Positions 26,660 through 39,754 of a DNA stretch of 64,000 nt are shown here, piece by piece. The DNA is from an uncultured delta proteobacterium (GTDB lineage: Bacteria > Desulfobacterota > RBG-13-43-22), in assembly GCA_963790475.1 (NCBI GenBank), contig CAWBOS010000013.1, forward strand, positions 32,001-96,000, given 5' to 3'. The translations under genes were made by a program, and so were the position numbers. The notes under the pieces were generated by a model that searched no databases, had not been told where the DNA came from, and saw only the letters and a list, made by a program, of their open reading frames with translations. Numbering within the stretch: position 1 is the first letter of the stretch; the number at the start of each line of letters is the position of its first letter.

Positions 26660-28396
26660 ATGAGCATAGAGGATCTTCGGAAACCGAGTCATTCAACCAT
26701 AGCCTTAGAAAATCCGGCAGGGAAGGCGACGCAGGAGTGGGTCCTTCTGAACCCAGCTGGTACCGTGGCCATCAGGAAAGCGAAACCGGCTCGGCGTCCA
26801 GATACCCTGAGAGGCAAAAGGGTGGTACTTCGCTGGAATCTCAAGCACAACGGGAATCACTATCTTGATCGGATCGCCGAACTGTTGCCGGAGAAAGTGG
26901 CCGGCGCAACCATCATCAAGCTTTATGAAATCGACGAGTCGACAAACAAAGTGAGCGGATCCCACCAGGAATCGGAGAGGATTGCCCGGATTATCGCCGA
27001 AACAAAGGCCGATCTCGTCATCGGTGCCCAGGGGGATTGAGGCTCCTGCACCTCCTGGCTGGTAGTTGACCAGTCCGAAGTAGAGAAGTTAGGCATACCG
27101 ACCGTAACGATTGTCACCAGTGCCTTTATGCCGCTGGCCAGGGCCACAATGGAGAGCATCGGCCTTGCCGATATGGCTTTTGTCGAGGTGTCCCATCCCA
27201 TGGGTATGGTCCCGCTGCCGGAAATTCAGACCAAGGCCGAGCAATCCATTGACCCTATCGTCAGGATGGCCACAGAGTGGGAACCGTCGCCAGCCGCTGG
27301 CAGGGATAAAGGCGACGGGGCTTATCCGGCAGAAAGGATCACCGTCAGAGGGGATTATAAAAATGTCAACGCCCTTTTCTACGAAAGGGGTTGGTCCCTG
27401 GGGCTACCCATCATTCCGCCGACGGCCAGGGCTGTTGAGACGATGCTGAAAGGCACCTCCTGCCAACCTAAAGAAGTGGTCTGGATCGTTCCACCACGCA
27501 TGGGGCAATTGACCATAGAGCTCGTAGCCGCTTTGGGGGTAATGGCCGGATGCCAGCCGGAACACATGCCTCTGTTGCTGGCCATCGTGAAAACCCTGAG
27601 CCACCCCGATTACGACTGGCTGGGAAGCACAACCACGACCGGCGCGAGCGCTCCGGTGATCATCGTCAACGGCCCGATCCTCGAAGAATTGGGCATCGCC
27701 TATGCAACAGGAGTCCTCGGCGGCCAGCAGGCGGTAAACATCGCCCTCGGGTACTTCGTCAACCTCGTCGGTGATATCGTAGGAGGTTCCGTCCCACCGG
27801 ATGTGGACAAGAGCACCCACGGCAGCCGCGGGGATCTCGTCGCCCTCGTCTTCGGTGAAAACGAAAAGACGAATCCCTGGAAGCAGTCGTACGCTGTGGA
27901 GCAGGGTTTCAAGCCCTCGGATAACGTGGTTACCGCCTTTTCCGCTTATCCGGGAACGAACAATACGGATCATTCCAGTACGAGCGGTCAGGAATTGCTG
28001 AACACCATTTCCATAGGAGCGGCCGCTGTGGCCTGCGGCATAACGAGTTGTCTCACCCGTTACGACCAGCCCTTTTCCGCTGACAATCTGGTGAAATACG
28101 TCTTTCTCTTCCTCGGTCCCGAACACGCCGAGACGGTCGCCCGTGACTTCTCCACCAAACAGGCTGTAAAGGAATACGTGATCAAAAAAGCGGCTCTGCC
28201 GCTCTGGGCCTACGCTCCTCATCTCTGCAATCCACCGGAGGAGTTCGGCCCTTACACGGTGGACACCCCAATTCCCCGGTTCAGGCAACCTGAATCGATT
28301 CATATCGTGGTCACCGGAGGGCCTGGAAAGCAATCTCAGATATGGGCGCCATTTCCCACATGCCTGCACCCCGTATCTGTTCTGATCGAGAAATAG
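26660..28396 (+). CDS. UGSC-family selenoprotein (in-frame UGA at 27038-27040 read as Sec)
   Basis: ...IGAQGD-U-GSCTSW... continues in frame into ORF 27128-28396; hairpin ggctggt-agttg-accagtc follows at 27057-27075. Confidence 0.85.
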
Positions 28397-28509
28397 CATT
28401 ATGCGGCGTATACTCGCTCCTGCCAAAAAAGTATGGCAAAAAGATTATTCTCGCCGGAGGAGTGTAAAATGAAAAGTAGCGACGGTATTTACCCTGTAGA
28501 GGATTCTGA

Positions 28510-28683
28510 CCGACCAGATCGTCACATCTTTAACCCATGAGCCGATAGAGGCCGAACTGCCCAAGTAGTAAACAGCTTTCCCCGAACTCACTCTGAAGAT
28601 CGTAAGCCCTCAATTTTGACCTCATCCATTCATTTCGACACCTCAGAGGTAGTTCGTTTGCGTTCGCCTCTCTGATCCTTATC
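28510..28683 (-). pseudogene. possible decayed group II intron RNA fragment
   Basis: agtaaacagctttcccc...ttttgac...tttcgacac...gttcgtttgcgttcgcctctctgatccttat resembles antisense domain I of bacterial IIB introns (from memory). Confidence 0.35.
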
Positions 28684-28701
28684 CATAGATTCGAAAATCA
28701 T

Positions 28702-29922
28702 CTATCTCACCGGGGCCTCAAGTATTTTGCCGAACAGGATCCAGCGCTGACCGTTAAATTTACCAAACTGTTCCTGCTCAATGGGGAAAAAGTTAGTCGG
28801 GCTGGTGTTGATTTTTATCCCCGGTAATAACATGGGCAGCGACAGGTTCTTAAGGTTGGCCGCCTGTCTCATGACATTTTCCCTGGTCAGGTTGTCGCCG
28901 CATTGTTTGAGGACCTGAACCATAGTCTGGGCCGCGGAATACCCATAGACATTAAAAATATCGTGAATGTTTCCCTCGGGATAGTATTTCTTCATCCAGG
29001 CCAGCCATTCGAGAGTCGCCGGGTCATTTTTCCATTCGGGGTCATCGGGATCTTTCAGATAGAAAAGGGATAGGAGGTCTTTGGAGGCCTCCAGCCCGGC
29101 CGGTTTTAGTACGGCACCTACGGAGTTGGAAATCTGGTTGACGAACTGGACCGGCTTCCAGCCGATTTCATAGGCCTGGCGGATAGCCTGGGCAGCAAAC
29201 TTGGGGCCGGCAATATTGACAAAGACATTGGCCCCGCTGTTTTTTAAATTGACGATTTGTGAATTCACTGTTGGATCGGAGACTTCATAAGTCTGTTCGG
29301 CGACAATTAAACTTTTTGCCTTGCTGCCCAGGCCGTCCAACAAGCCTTTCCGCACATCCTTCCCGTAATCGTCGTTCTGGTATAAAACTCCTATCTTGGC
29401 CTGGGGCAGATGTTCGAGGATATACTTGGCGTAGATGCGCCCTTCACTCTGGTAGTTGGGCTGCCAGCCCATGGTCCAGGGGTGTCCCTTGGGGTCCCCC
29501 CAATTGGTGGCCCCACCGGCTGCGAACAGTTGGGGCACCTTTTTATTATTGCAATAAGCCCAGATGGCCATGTTGGTGGGTGTACCTAAGGTATTAAATA
29601 ACAGCAGGACCTGGTCTTGCTCCACCAACCGGCGCACCTGCTCCACCGTTTTGGGAGGGTTGAGGGAGTCATCATGGCTGAGAAAAACGATTTTCCGCCC
29701 GTTTATTCCGCCCTGGTCATTGATCATTTTGAAGTATGCGGCTTCCACCTTTCCGATGGTCCCATAGGCCGAGGCCGGGCCGCTGTATGGCATGGTATTG
29801 CCGATTTTAATTTCGGTGTCGCCTGCCCCGGGGCCGTATTGGCCTTTCCCGAAGGCTTGGCCGTTAATCAAGAAAAGACCGCAAACAAGACAAAAAAAAC
29901 TAATAATCCGTTTACTTGGCAT
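28702..29922 (-). CDS. branched-chain amino acid-type ABC transporter substrate-binding protein (orphan)
   Basis: Signal peptide; IKIGNTMPYSGPASAYG, GGINGRKI, YQNDDYGKD. Confidence 0.9.
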   Translation of the reverse strand: MPSKRIISFFCLVCGLFLINGQAFGKGQYGPGAGDTEIKIGNTMPYSGPASAYGTIGKVEAAYFKMINDQGGINGRKIVFLSHDDSLNPPKTVEQVRRLVEQDQVLLLFNTLGTPTNMAIWAYCNNKKVPQLFAAGGATNWGDPKGHPWTMGWQPNYQSEGRIYAKYILEHLPQAKIGVLYQNDDYGKDVRKGLLDGLGSKAKSLIVAEQTYEVSDPTVNSQIVNLKNSGANVFVNIAGPKFAAQAIRQAYEIGWKPVQFVNQISNSVGAVLKPAGLEASKDLLSLFYLKDPDDPEWKNDPATLEWLAWMKKYYPEGNIHDIFNVYGYSAAQTMVQVLKQCGDNLTRENVMRQAANLKNLSLPMLLPGIKINTSPTNFFPIEQEQFGKFNGQRWILFGKILEAPVR

Positions 29923-30085
29923 GGTTTTCCTCCTCCTTTTTGGATATGGTTTAATAACTCTCTACCTGTTACGCATCAGGGATAGAACCCAAAAAATGTG
30001 TGAACGGTTTAAAAAGCACAAGAGACTTATAATGGTGTTCCAAATTAAGGAACGACCATTATCCGGATATCTTTCCAGATGGGTA

Positions 30086-31465
30086 TTATTTAAGCATGGC
30101 AGTGACGGTCCTCATGTCCTGTACTGTTTCCAACCCTTTTATGGATTGGATGATCTTCTTGATTTGTCCCGCTGATCGCGAATGCGCGGCGCAATCCCTG
30201 AACTTGCCGGCAACATCTTCAAAACTCATCGGGTTGCTTGGATGGCCTCGGGCCAAGTCGATTTGTTTGGTAAAGACCCCACCGGATCTCAATCGAATAC
30301 TGACTTTGCCTGGAGGGAAAAATAATTTCGGGTCACCATAAGTGATGTCTTCCGTGACCACTTTTTCAACTGTTTGTAAAGAGAGGGGATCAGATAGCCC
30401 GGCCGGTGTAAAGTTGCGGAGGTTCAGCTCTCCCGTCGCCACAGCCGCGGCCAGGCAAAAAGGCAGGCTGATGCGGGCTTCTGTCCCCGAAACCGGCTTC
30501 TGGCCGCCTTGGCCAATAAATCTCTTTTGTGTTTCCGTAAGGAAGAGGGTGATCTGATCAACGTCTTCCGGAACGATATGATTTTTATGGACAAGATCGA
30601 GGGCCGCTTGCAAATGAGCATGTATCGCTCTGTTCGCTGACCATGGTTTCAGGCTTACATTGATACCTTCAAACCTCTTACCCAGATCCGCGATCAGATA
30701 TTCCCGGTCGTATTTTCCTTGAAAATACAGATTGAAAAGGCCCGCTGGACCTTCAAAACAGGTTTTTATTCCGGTAACACCCCGCTCGGCCATTAAGGCC
30801 GAAACGACGCCGTTCCAGCCAATAAACCCACCATAGTATTCTCTAATCTTGGTGTCTCCCGGGCTTAGAAATACTTCAAAAGTGCCGGCCGCGCCCTGAT
30901 GAAACGCTATTCCGAGGCAATCCACAACCTGGTCCGTACTGAGTTGCAGTATTCTTCCGGCCGACGCCGCAGCGCCAAAAATCCCCAGTACGGGCGCCGG
31001 GCGAAATCCCAATACCAATCCCTCCTGCTTCTTTTTTATGGCTGCGCCCAACCGGCCTATGAGATCATTGCCCAAGGCTACGGCCGTTATAAATTCCACC
31101 CCGGAAACGCCTCCAACTTTCTCAGCCAGAGCCAGTGCCGTTGGAACAGAGCACAAACTTGGATGTACTGCAGTCTCATCGACCACATCATCGAAGTCCA
31201 GGGCATGGGCCAGCAGGGCATTGGCAAAGGCAGCCGACCATGCGGGAAGCTTCTTGTTCCGCCCTATAACCGTGGCCTCTTTTGCGCCCCCCGCATCAAT
31301 GAACAGGTCAATAGTGCTTTTGCCATCGGCCGATAATTCATCGGCGGCAAAAATACACCCGAATATATCCAGGACGCATTTTTTCGTGACCTCGACCACA
31401 TCCGGCGGGATATCCCCGGCCTTTAAATTTACAACATTTTCAGCAAAGGCATAACTGGCATCCAT
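30086..31465 (-). CDS. MmgE/PrpD family protein
   Basis: AFANALLAHALDFDD..HPS, FEGPAG, ARGHPSNPMS; likely start MDASYAFAE. Confidence 0.9.
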   Translation of the reverse strand: MDASYAFAENVVNLKAGDIPPDVVEVTKKCVLDIFGCIFAADELSADGKSTIDLFIDAGGAKEATVIGRNKKLPAWSAAFANALLAHALDFDDVVDETAVHPSLCSVPTALALAEKVGGVSGVEFITAVALGNDLIGRLGAAIKKKQEGLVLGFRPAPVLGIFGAAASAGRILQLSTDQVVDCLGIAFHQGAAGTFEVFLSPGDTKIREYYGGFIGWNGVVSALMAERGVTGIKTCFEGPAGLFNLYFQGKYDREYLIADLGKRFEGINVSLKPWSANRAIHAHLQAALDLVHKNHIVPEDVDQITLFLTETQKRFIGQGGQKPVSGTEARISLPFCLAAAVATGELNLRNFTPAGLSDPLSLQTVEKVVTEDITYGDPKLFFPPGKVSIRLRSGGVFTKQIDLARGHPSNPMSFEDVAGKFRDCAAHSRSAGQIKKIIQSIKGLETVQDMRTVTAMLK

Positions 31466-31511
31466 CTCATCCCTCGTCAAGCCGCCTATTCGAGGTGCTT
31501 TTTCCTTGGAC

Positions 31512-32717
31512 TTAGGCTCCTTCATCGATGAGCAATTGGACCAATTCATCGCTCGAAAGATCCAGAATCTCAGTAGACACGAATTCCGTGTGCTCACCCA
31601 GGCAGGGTGCGGGCATACGGCCTTGGGCCGGCGTCTCCGACAGGATAGCCGGCTCACCTAAATGCAGGCACTCACCTATCTCTGGATGATCCATGATCCA
31701 GAACTGATTGCGCTCTTTCAAATGCGGGTCTTCACATACATCCTTGGCGCTCTGGACCACACCAGCCTGAATTCCCGCTGCCTGCAGCAAATTCATAATA
31801 CGTTCAGGCGTCTGCTTTTTCGTCCACTGCCCGACCACAGCATTAAGTTCCTCTTCATTTCTTTTACGGTTTAGAAACGTATCAAACTTGGGGTTGTCAG
31901 CCAGAACAGGATTTCCCATAAGGGCGCAGAGAGACTTCCATTCGGCATCGGAGAAGACCGCTATGGCGCACCATCGATTACTCAGACAAGGATAAACGCC
32001 GTGCGGCGCTGCATAGGGTGAAGTGTTGCCGACATTTTCCGGCAGCCTTCCATTAGCGGTGTAATCCAGGATGCCCGGCTCAACGAACTGTAAGCCGGCT
32101 TCCAATTGGGAGATATCGATAAATTGGCCTTCACCGGTCTTGTTCCGATATCTCAGCGCAGCCATGATAGCGCAGAGGCAGAAATAGGGAGCAATAAAAT
32201 CATTGACCGGACCAAAGGGTTGAACGCAATCCCTGCCCGGCCACCCGCTGAATACGTTAAAGCCCGTGATGGCCACCAGAGTGTTGCCCGACATGGGAGT
32301 CGCCCCCATCGGCCCGGTTTCCCCGAAGCCCGACGTGCTGCACATGATTAGGTCCGGATTAGTCTGTCTTAATGTCTCGTAGTCCAATCCCAATCGCTTC
32401 ATGACGCCGGGTACGTAGTTGACAACGACGATGTCCGCCCAGTCCGAAAGCTTTTTGGCCACCCTCAATCCTAAAGGGCTTTTGAGATTTAAGGCCATAC
32501 TGAGTTTGTTAGGGTTAAAATAGGCAAAATAGGCAGAATGGTCGACACTTTGACCGTTTTTAAAAGGAGCCGATGTTCTCAGAAAACACGGATGCTCAAT
32601 GGTTTCTATTCTTATTACCTTTGCTCCGTAGTCGGCCAGGCACTTGGTCACCAGAGGGCCGGCTATAGCCCAGGTAAAATCAAGAACTTTTAGTCCTTCT
32701 AATGCTTGCTTTGGCAT
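31512..32717 (-). CDS. family III CoA-transferase (CaiB/BaiF), BbsF-like subunit
   Basis: LEGLKVLDFTWAIAGP...LADYGAKVI, NPNKLS, APCLGEHT. Confidence 0.9.
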   Translation of the reverse strand: MPKQALEGLKVLDFTWAIAGPLVTKCLADYGAKVIRIETIEHPCFLRTSAPFKNGQSVDHSAYFAYFNPNKLSMALNLKSPLGLRVAKKLSDWADIVVVNYVPGVMKRLGLDYETLRQTNPDLIMCSTSGFGETGPMGATPMSGNTLVAITGFNVFSGWPGRDCVQPFGPVNDFIAPYFCLCAIMAALRYRNKTGEGQFIDISQLEAGLQFVEPGILDYTANGRLPENVGNTSPYAAPHGVYPCLSNRWCAIAVFSDAEWKSLCALMGNPVLADNPKFDTFLNRKRNEEELNAVVGQWTKKQTPERIMNLLQAAGIQAGVVQSAKDVCEDPHLKERNQFWIMDHPEIGECLHLGEPAILSETPAQGRMPAPCLGEHTEFVSTEILDLSSDELVQLLIDEGA

Positions 32718-32729
32718 ATCATTTTCCGT

Positions 32730-33974
32730 TTAAATTATTTCACTTTGTTTTAACCGGTTGATTTCCTTTAACGATAAGCCCAGTTCACCGTGGAAAACTT
32801 CCCGATTGTGCTCACCAATGAGAGGCGCCCTTCGGAATTTTAGCGGAGGCCTGGCGGCAAACCTCATACCACTGGCCGGATACTTGATTACGCAACCCAG
32901 CTCCGGGTGCTCGACATCTATCCAGGCATTTCTGGCCGACAGCTGCGGAAATTCAATCAACTCCGCAGGAGTAAATACCGGGCATATACCTATACGTCTT
33001 TTTATGCCTTCAATGAACAAGTCCTCCTTGGTATATTTCTCAAAAAGCCGGCCAATGGGTTCTTCGAGTTGGTCCCACTCGTCCTGGGTAAATTTGATTA
33101 CATCAAAGTTGTCCCAATCCATGTGGTCAATCTGTTCCGTAGACAAACCTTCCTCTCTTAGCCACTGCCCCATCTGTTTATTCGATGCCGCCCCCGGCAT
33201 GCCCCCGAATATCACGAAGTTGATCTGTCCATTTTTGCACCTCCACGTTTGACGCGCCCTTGTGCCGAACCCGAGACCAACCCTGTACGGGCCGGACCGT
33301 TCCAGTACGATTCCAGAAGTTGACCACTGCGCGTTCGCATTTACCGTATTCCTGACCATGCTCTGCTGGGCTGATACGTCGACGTATTGTCCGTCACCTG
33401 TAGTCTCTTTGTGATATAGAGCAATTAAAACAGCGACGGCTGCCTCGCCGCCAGCATGTAATGGAGATTGTGGCAAACTGACCCGTACTGGCGGAAGGTC
33501 AGGATCACCACAAAGATAAAGGTACCCGCTCATCGCCTGGGCAATAAGGTCCGAGCCGGCGAATTGACTGTATGGGCCGCTCTGACCGAAGGGAGTGATG
33601 GACACCATGATGATGCTTTGGTTTACCTCCCTCAGCCTGGTATAATCCAACCCCAATTCTCTCATGGTCCCCACGGGATAGGATTCGATCACTAAGTCAG
33701 ACTTCTTGACCAGCTGTTTGAACAGCTCCTGCCCATCTCGTCTTCGGATATCGAGCGTTATGCCTTTCTTATTAAAGTTGTAGGCGAACCAGGTTAGGCT
33801 TTTCTCGGGATCGGGTTCGTCGTGATAAAAGGGTCCGATGTTCCGGGAGGCGTCGCCCCCCGGCCTTTCCACTTTGATGACATCGGCGCCCAACTCGGCC
33901 AGGAGCCTGCCGCAGAGAAAACCATTCTCGTCGGCCAGATCCAGGACGCGAATGTCCTCAAGCAATGCATTCAA
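32730..33974 (-). CDS. family III CoA-transferase (CaiB/BaiF), BbsE-like subunit
   Basis: RVLDLA...CGRLLAELGADVIKVE.PGGD, NFNKKGITLD, APLIGEHN. Confidence 0.9.
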   Translation of the reverse strand: MNALLEDIRVLDLADENGFLCGRLLAELGADVIKVERPGGDASRNIGPFYHDEPDPEKSLTWFAYNFNKKGITLDIRRRDGQELFKQLVKKSDLVIESYPVGTMRELGLDYTRLREVNQSIIMVSITPFGQSGPYSQFAGSDLIAQAMSGYLYLCGDPDLPPVRVSLPQSPLHAGGEAAVAVLIALYHKETTGDGQYVDVSAQQSMVRNTVNANAQWSTSGIVLERSGPYRVGLGFGTRARQTWRCKNGQINFVIFGGMPGAASNKQMGQWLREEGLSTEQIDHMDWDNFDVIKFTQDEWDQLEEPIGRLFEKYTKEDLFIEGIKRRIGICPVFTPAELIEFPQLSARNAWIDVEHPELGCVIKYPASGMRFAARPPLKFRRAPLIGEHNREVFHGELGLSLKEINRLKQSEII

Positions 33975-34128
33975 TGGATTTCTCCTTCCCCCAAACTGCC
34001 GTCATGGAACCGGTTTGTGCCTCCTTTGTTTTCTCCGATCATCCTTATTTTAAAAAAATTTCATTCCATGGTGCGAGCAAACTCGAAGGCCTCAAGCGGT
34101 TCTTTGGCGAAAGAAAAAGGAAATTAGG

Positions 34129-34836
34129 TTACTCCAGGGTTTTCTTTACTTTGATCTTCAAAGATGTTTGATTGAGGGCAAACTGGTTAAAGCCCCTGGA
34201 GATATTGGCGATAACCCTACGTTTGACCGCCTCGGCATTACCGGACCGGATGGCCTCTATGATCCTTCGATGATCGTTATGATATTTACCGGCATTTTTG
34301 TCCCTAATCCAAGATGTATTCAGGCTACGAAAAATCAGGGTTTGATCGAACAATTGATTGATGATCCGGCAGGCAGGCTTCCAGCCTGAAACCCCGTAGA
34401 TGGTCAGGTGAAACTCCCTGTTTAGCAGGACTATATTGAAAAGGGAGTCTATTTCCATCTCCATCTGGGCTAATAACCCTTCCAACCGTTCAATCGTTTC
34501 AGGAGTTATTTTTGGGGTTGCCTGATAGGCGGCCTCTCCCTCAAGGGCATAACGAGCCTGGTATAAAGCTGTTATCTCCACGGAGTCCGGCGGATCGGCC
34601 ACGATAACCCCTTTGTTTGGTAAAGAAACCACCAGGCCCGAGCCAGCCAGTTCTCGTAAAGCCTCTCGAATAGCCACCCGTCCCAAACCCAATTCCGCTT
34701 CCAGTTTTTCCGGGATTAACCGGATGCCGGATTTATACTGGCCTGTGAGGACTCTCTCCCTTATCAACCGGGTAGCCATGTCGGTCATGGTCTGATACAG
34801 GGGAAACGCTATTGGGACTTTTGCAGAAATGGTCAC
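34129..34836 (-). CDS. GntR/FadR-family transcriptional regulator
   Basis: HTH LEAELGLGRVAIREAL..L...GLV plus FCD-type C-terminus (NREFH). Confidence 0.88.
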   Translation of the reverse strand: MTISAKVPIAFPLYQTMTDMATRLIRERVLTGQYKSGIRLIPEKLEAELGLGRVAIREALRELAGSGLVVSLPNKGVIVADPPDSVEITALYQARYALEGEAAYQATPKITPETIERLEGLLAQMEMEIDSLFNIVLLNREFHLTIYGVSGWKPACRIINQLFDQTLIFRSLNTSWIRDKNAGKYHNDHRRIIEAIRSGNAEAVKRRVIANISRGFNQFALNQTSLKIKVKKTLE

Positions 34837-35065
34837 CGGCTTAATCCTTTATTTTAGATTTTATATAATATAAAATATAAAATTATGTCAAGGATTCTTT
34901 TTAAAAATGATGACAATTAAAAATCTAAGTTTTCTTATATATCAAATATTTATATTGCACTGAAACATAATTTGTGGCATTTCTAATAATAAAAACCCAA
35001 GAAAAACGAAGTTCGTATATTGATTGTTAGCTGGATGGGCAGCGAAACATTATTATTCATAGTAG

Positions 35066-37300
<2,235 letters not shown>

Positions 37301-37472
37301 TCGTAGCATAAACGTCTTCGAGGGCTTCTGACAGGGCGGCGAAAAAATGGCCAGCTAACCCCTTCCTTCACATACACGAATGAAACCCGACGCCGGCTCA
37401 CTTGCAGCCGGTTCCGGGACACTCCGCATTAGAATTATTATGATCTTCAGGCGAACAATTTATGCCAAGGAT

Positions 37473-38140
37473 TAGTCCCCAACCGTTACCGTCAATCCAA
37501 AGTTTTCGATAATTTTTTGAGCTTCTTGAACAGCCTCTTTACTGGAAAGTGTCATCCTCTCTAAGACATATTTCTTACCGATTTGCTGAGTTTTCCCCTC
37601 ACCAAATTATGGAAAGGCAGAATAGAGACCTTTTCCGCGTTTATTTCTTTCCCTAACCTTCCTATACCCTGCAAATTTTTGAGAATCAGCACATTGCTTT
37701 TGCCTGTGGCCATCTTATGAGGTTCTGAATCGAGGTGCTTTACATCGTATAGAACAAGCTTTACCTACCTTAGCACTTTTTCAAAAACTGGCCAGGGGGC
37801 GAATCCACAGGTATCCAGGGCCGTGTGGAAACCTCTTTCCTGACAGGTTTTTAATATTTCATAGGTAAATGAAGCCTGCAATAAAGGCTCGCCGCCGGAG
37901 ATGGTGATCCCTCCTCCAGACCGATAATAGAATACCTCGTCCGTTGCGGCCTCTGCCAACACTTCTCCGACCGCCATGTAATCTCCCACCCTGGTCAATG
38001 CTTTAACTGGACAAGCCCCAACGCAAGAAAAGCAACGGGTGCATTTTTTTCTGTCAATCTTTCTTCCTATCAATGAATCAATCATAATTGCCTCTTCAGG
38101 ACAGGCTTCAGCACACTTAAACAAATCTGTTCAGCAATGC
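37473..38140 (-). pseudogene. glycyl-radical enzyme activating enzyme pseudogene
   Basis: CTRCFSCVGACP, GGITISGGEP, HTALDTCG; TAG at 37765-37767 then LYDVKHLD..H...TG.SN..IL.NL continues; N-terminal radical SAM CxxxCxxC is missing. Confidence 0.8.
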
Positions 38141-38308
38141 CGTTTTTGTAGATTTTGTTTTCCAAAGACTTATTCATATAATTACCTCTATTCCCCTCAT
38201 CCAACCCTTTCTATAGGGATCGGTAAAAATCCCCCGCAATCTCATCGTTTGTAATAAAAACCCCCTGGATGAAATGTGCAAAAAAAAGAGGAGGCAAAAA
38301 ATCTGAGC

Positions 38309-39484
38309 CTATCTACCCTTTTTTTGCTTATCCTCATACATCAATTTGTCTGCCTGTGCAAGCAGGGTATCGATGGAACATGGATTTTGGGGATAATAAC
38401 AGGCAATGCCAAAGGTCATAGAGAGTTTATGGGAGCGCTTTGTCTGGAGATGATGGTTATTTAAAACCTGCTCGAAGCGGTTAATCAGTTTCTCTGCGGA
38501 GGTCTCAGAGCTTTTCATGGCCAGAATGGCAAATTCATCCCCCCCATTGCGGGCGATGATATCCGACTCCCGAAAGGATTCCCTAAGTATCTGTGAAACA
38601 TCCACCAAGGCTTGGTCCCCTTCTTTATGGCCGAAGGTATCATTAATTCCTTTCAAATTATCCAAGTCTCCAAAAATGAGCAACATTTCTGTTCCCATCC
38701 TTTGAGCCGATTTCAAGCCCTGTTCAGCCAGAGCAAAAAAACCCCGGCGGTTATAGAGGCCGGTTAGGTCATCTTTAAGGGACAAGGTCTTGAGGGCTTC
38801 CTCGGCCCGCTTGCGTTCGGTGATCTCCACCCGCAGCTCCCGATTGGCTTCGGTCAATGCCGAGGCTCCTTCCTGGACTTTGGCCAGTGCATCCTGAAGC
38901 TCCAGGTTTGATGTTTCCATCTGGCCACGGACCTGGGAATGAACCTTTTCCATCGCAAAAGAGAAGAAAAACATGATGATATAGACCGCCAGGTAACGAA
39001 CGATAAGATCCGTCGAGTAAACCGCCAGCCAGGAGACCTCTTTCCCGAGGATAAAAATCGCGATTGCCAACCCCAGAAGCAACAAGGACATCAGACCCCC
39101 TCGCCTAAGGCCCAGCAAAAAGAGGGCAAACAAGGGATAGATCAAAGACCAGATTAAGACGGTCTGGCCAATGCCGCCGTCGGCGATTTGGTAGGTAAAC
39201 AAAAGGGCGGCCGCCGTTGTTCCGAGCGCTCCGGTCCTCTTATAGTTGCCGGTCTTCCGCAGGTCAACGAACAAGGCGATCAAAAATGCCACGGCCGTCG
39301 AGTCGATTGTCACCAGCAGAATATCCCCTTTCGCATAGCCGACAAAAATAAAGATGATGAGGCAAGGGGCTGCCAACAGAAACATGAGGTTCTGCAGGAC
39401 CACCTTCCGAAGCACCTCGATATCTCCGCTGCTCGGCAGTCCACTGGAGATCACCTTCCAAAGCATTTGTCTGACTTTGTCCAT
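38309..39484 (-). CDS. membrane-bound diguanylate cyclase (GGDEF)
   Basis: Several TM helices; DDLTGLYNRR, RESD...GGDEF. Confidence 0.9.
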   Translation of the reverse strand: MDKVRQMLWKVISSGLPSSGDIEVLRKVVLQNLMFLLAAPCLIIFIFVGYAKGDILLVTIDSTAVAFLIALFVDLRKTGNYKRTGALGTTAAALLFTYQIADGGIGQTVLIWSLIYPLFALFLLGLRRGGLMSLLLLGLAIAIFILGKEVSWLAVYSTDLIVRYLAVYIIMFFFSFAMEKVHSQVRGQMETSNLELQDALAKVQEGASALTEANRELRVEITERKRAEEALKTLSLKDDLTGLYNRRGFFALAEQGLKSAQRMGTEMLLIFGDLDNLKGINDTFGHKEGDQALVDVSQILRESFRESDIIARNGGDEFAILAMKSSETSAEKLINRFEQVLNNHHLQTKRSHKLSMTFGIACYYPQNPCSIDTLLAQADKLMYEDKQKKGR

Positions 39485-39754
39485 CCGGTCCCTTCGACCT
39501 TGGGTTACAGGTTTGAGGTTTTCCCGGCCACAGTCCATAAGGAAGCCGACCATTTGAGATCAGCGGCCTTCCGGCGCCGTTTATTAGTGCGGTCGTCCTC
39601 CTTTTTCATGGTACTCCTCAAATATTTCCTGGTGACGCCTCTGAATCCTATCGCCAGATCTATCGGAAAATTGCTTTTATTCAGGATTGGGGAAAAAGTG
39701 TAAAAAATGAATCCTAAACGAAGGAGAGCATAGAAAGGTGCCTTCTTTTATTTT

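Noticed and set aside
27404-28426. Long antisense ORFs such as 27404-28426, 2046-2759, 36080-36808 and 44799-45518
   Set aside because: They are shadow frames of well-supported genes and have no recognisable motifs.
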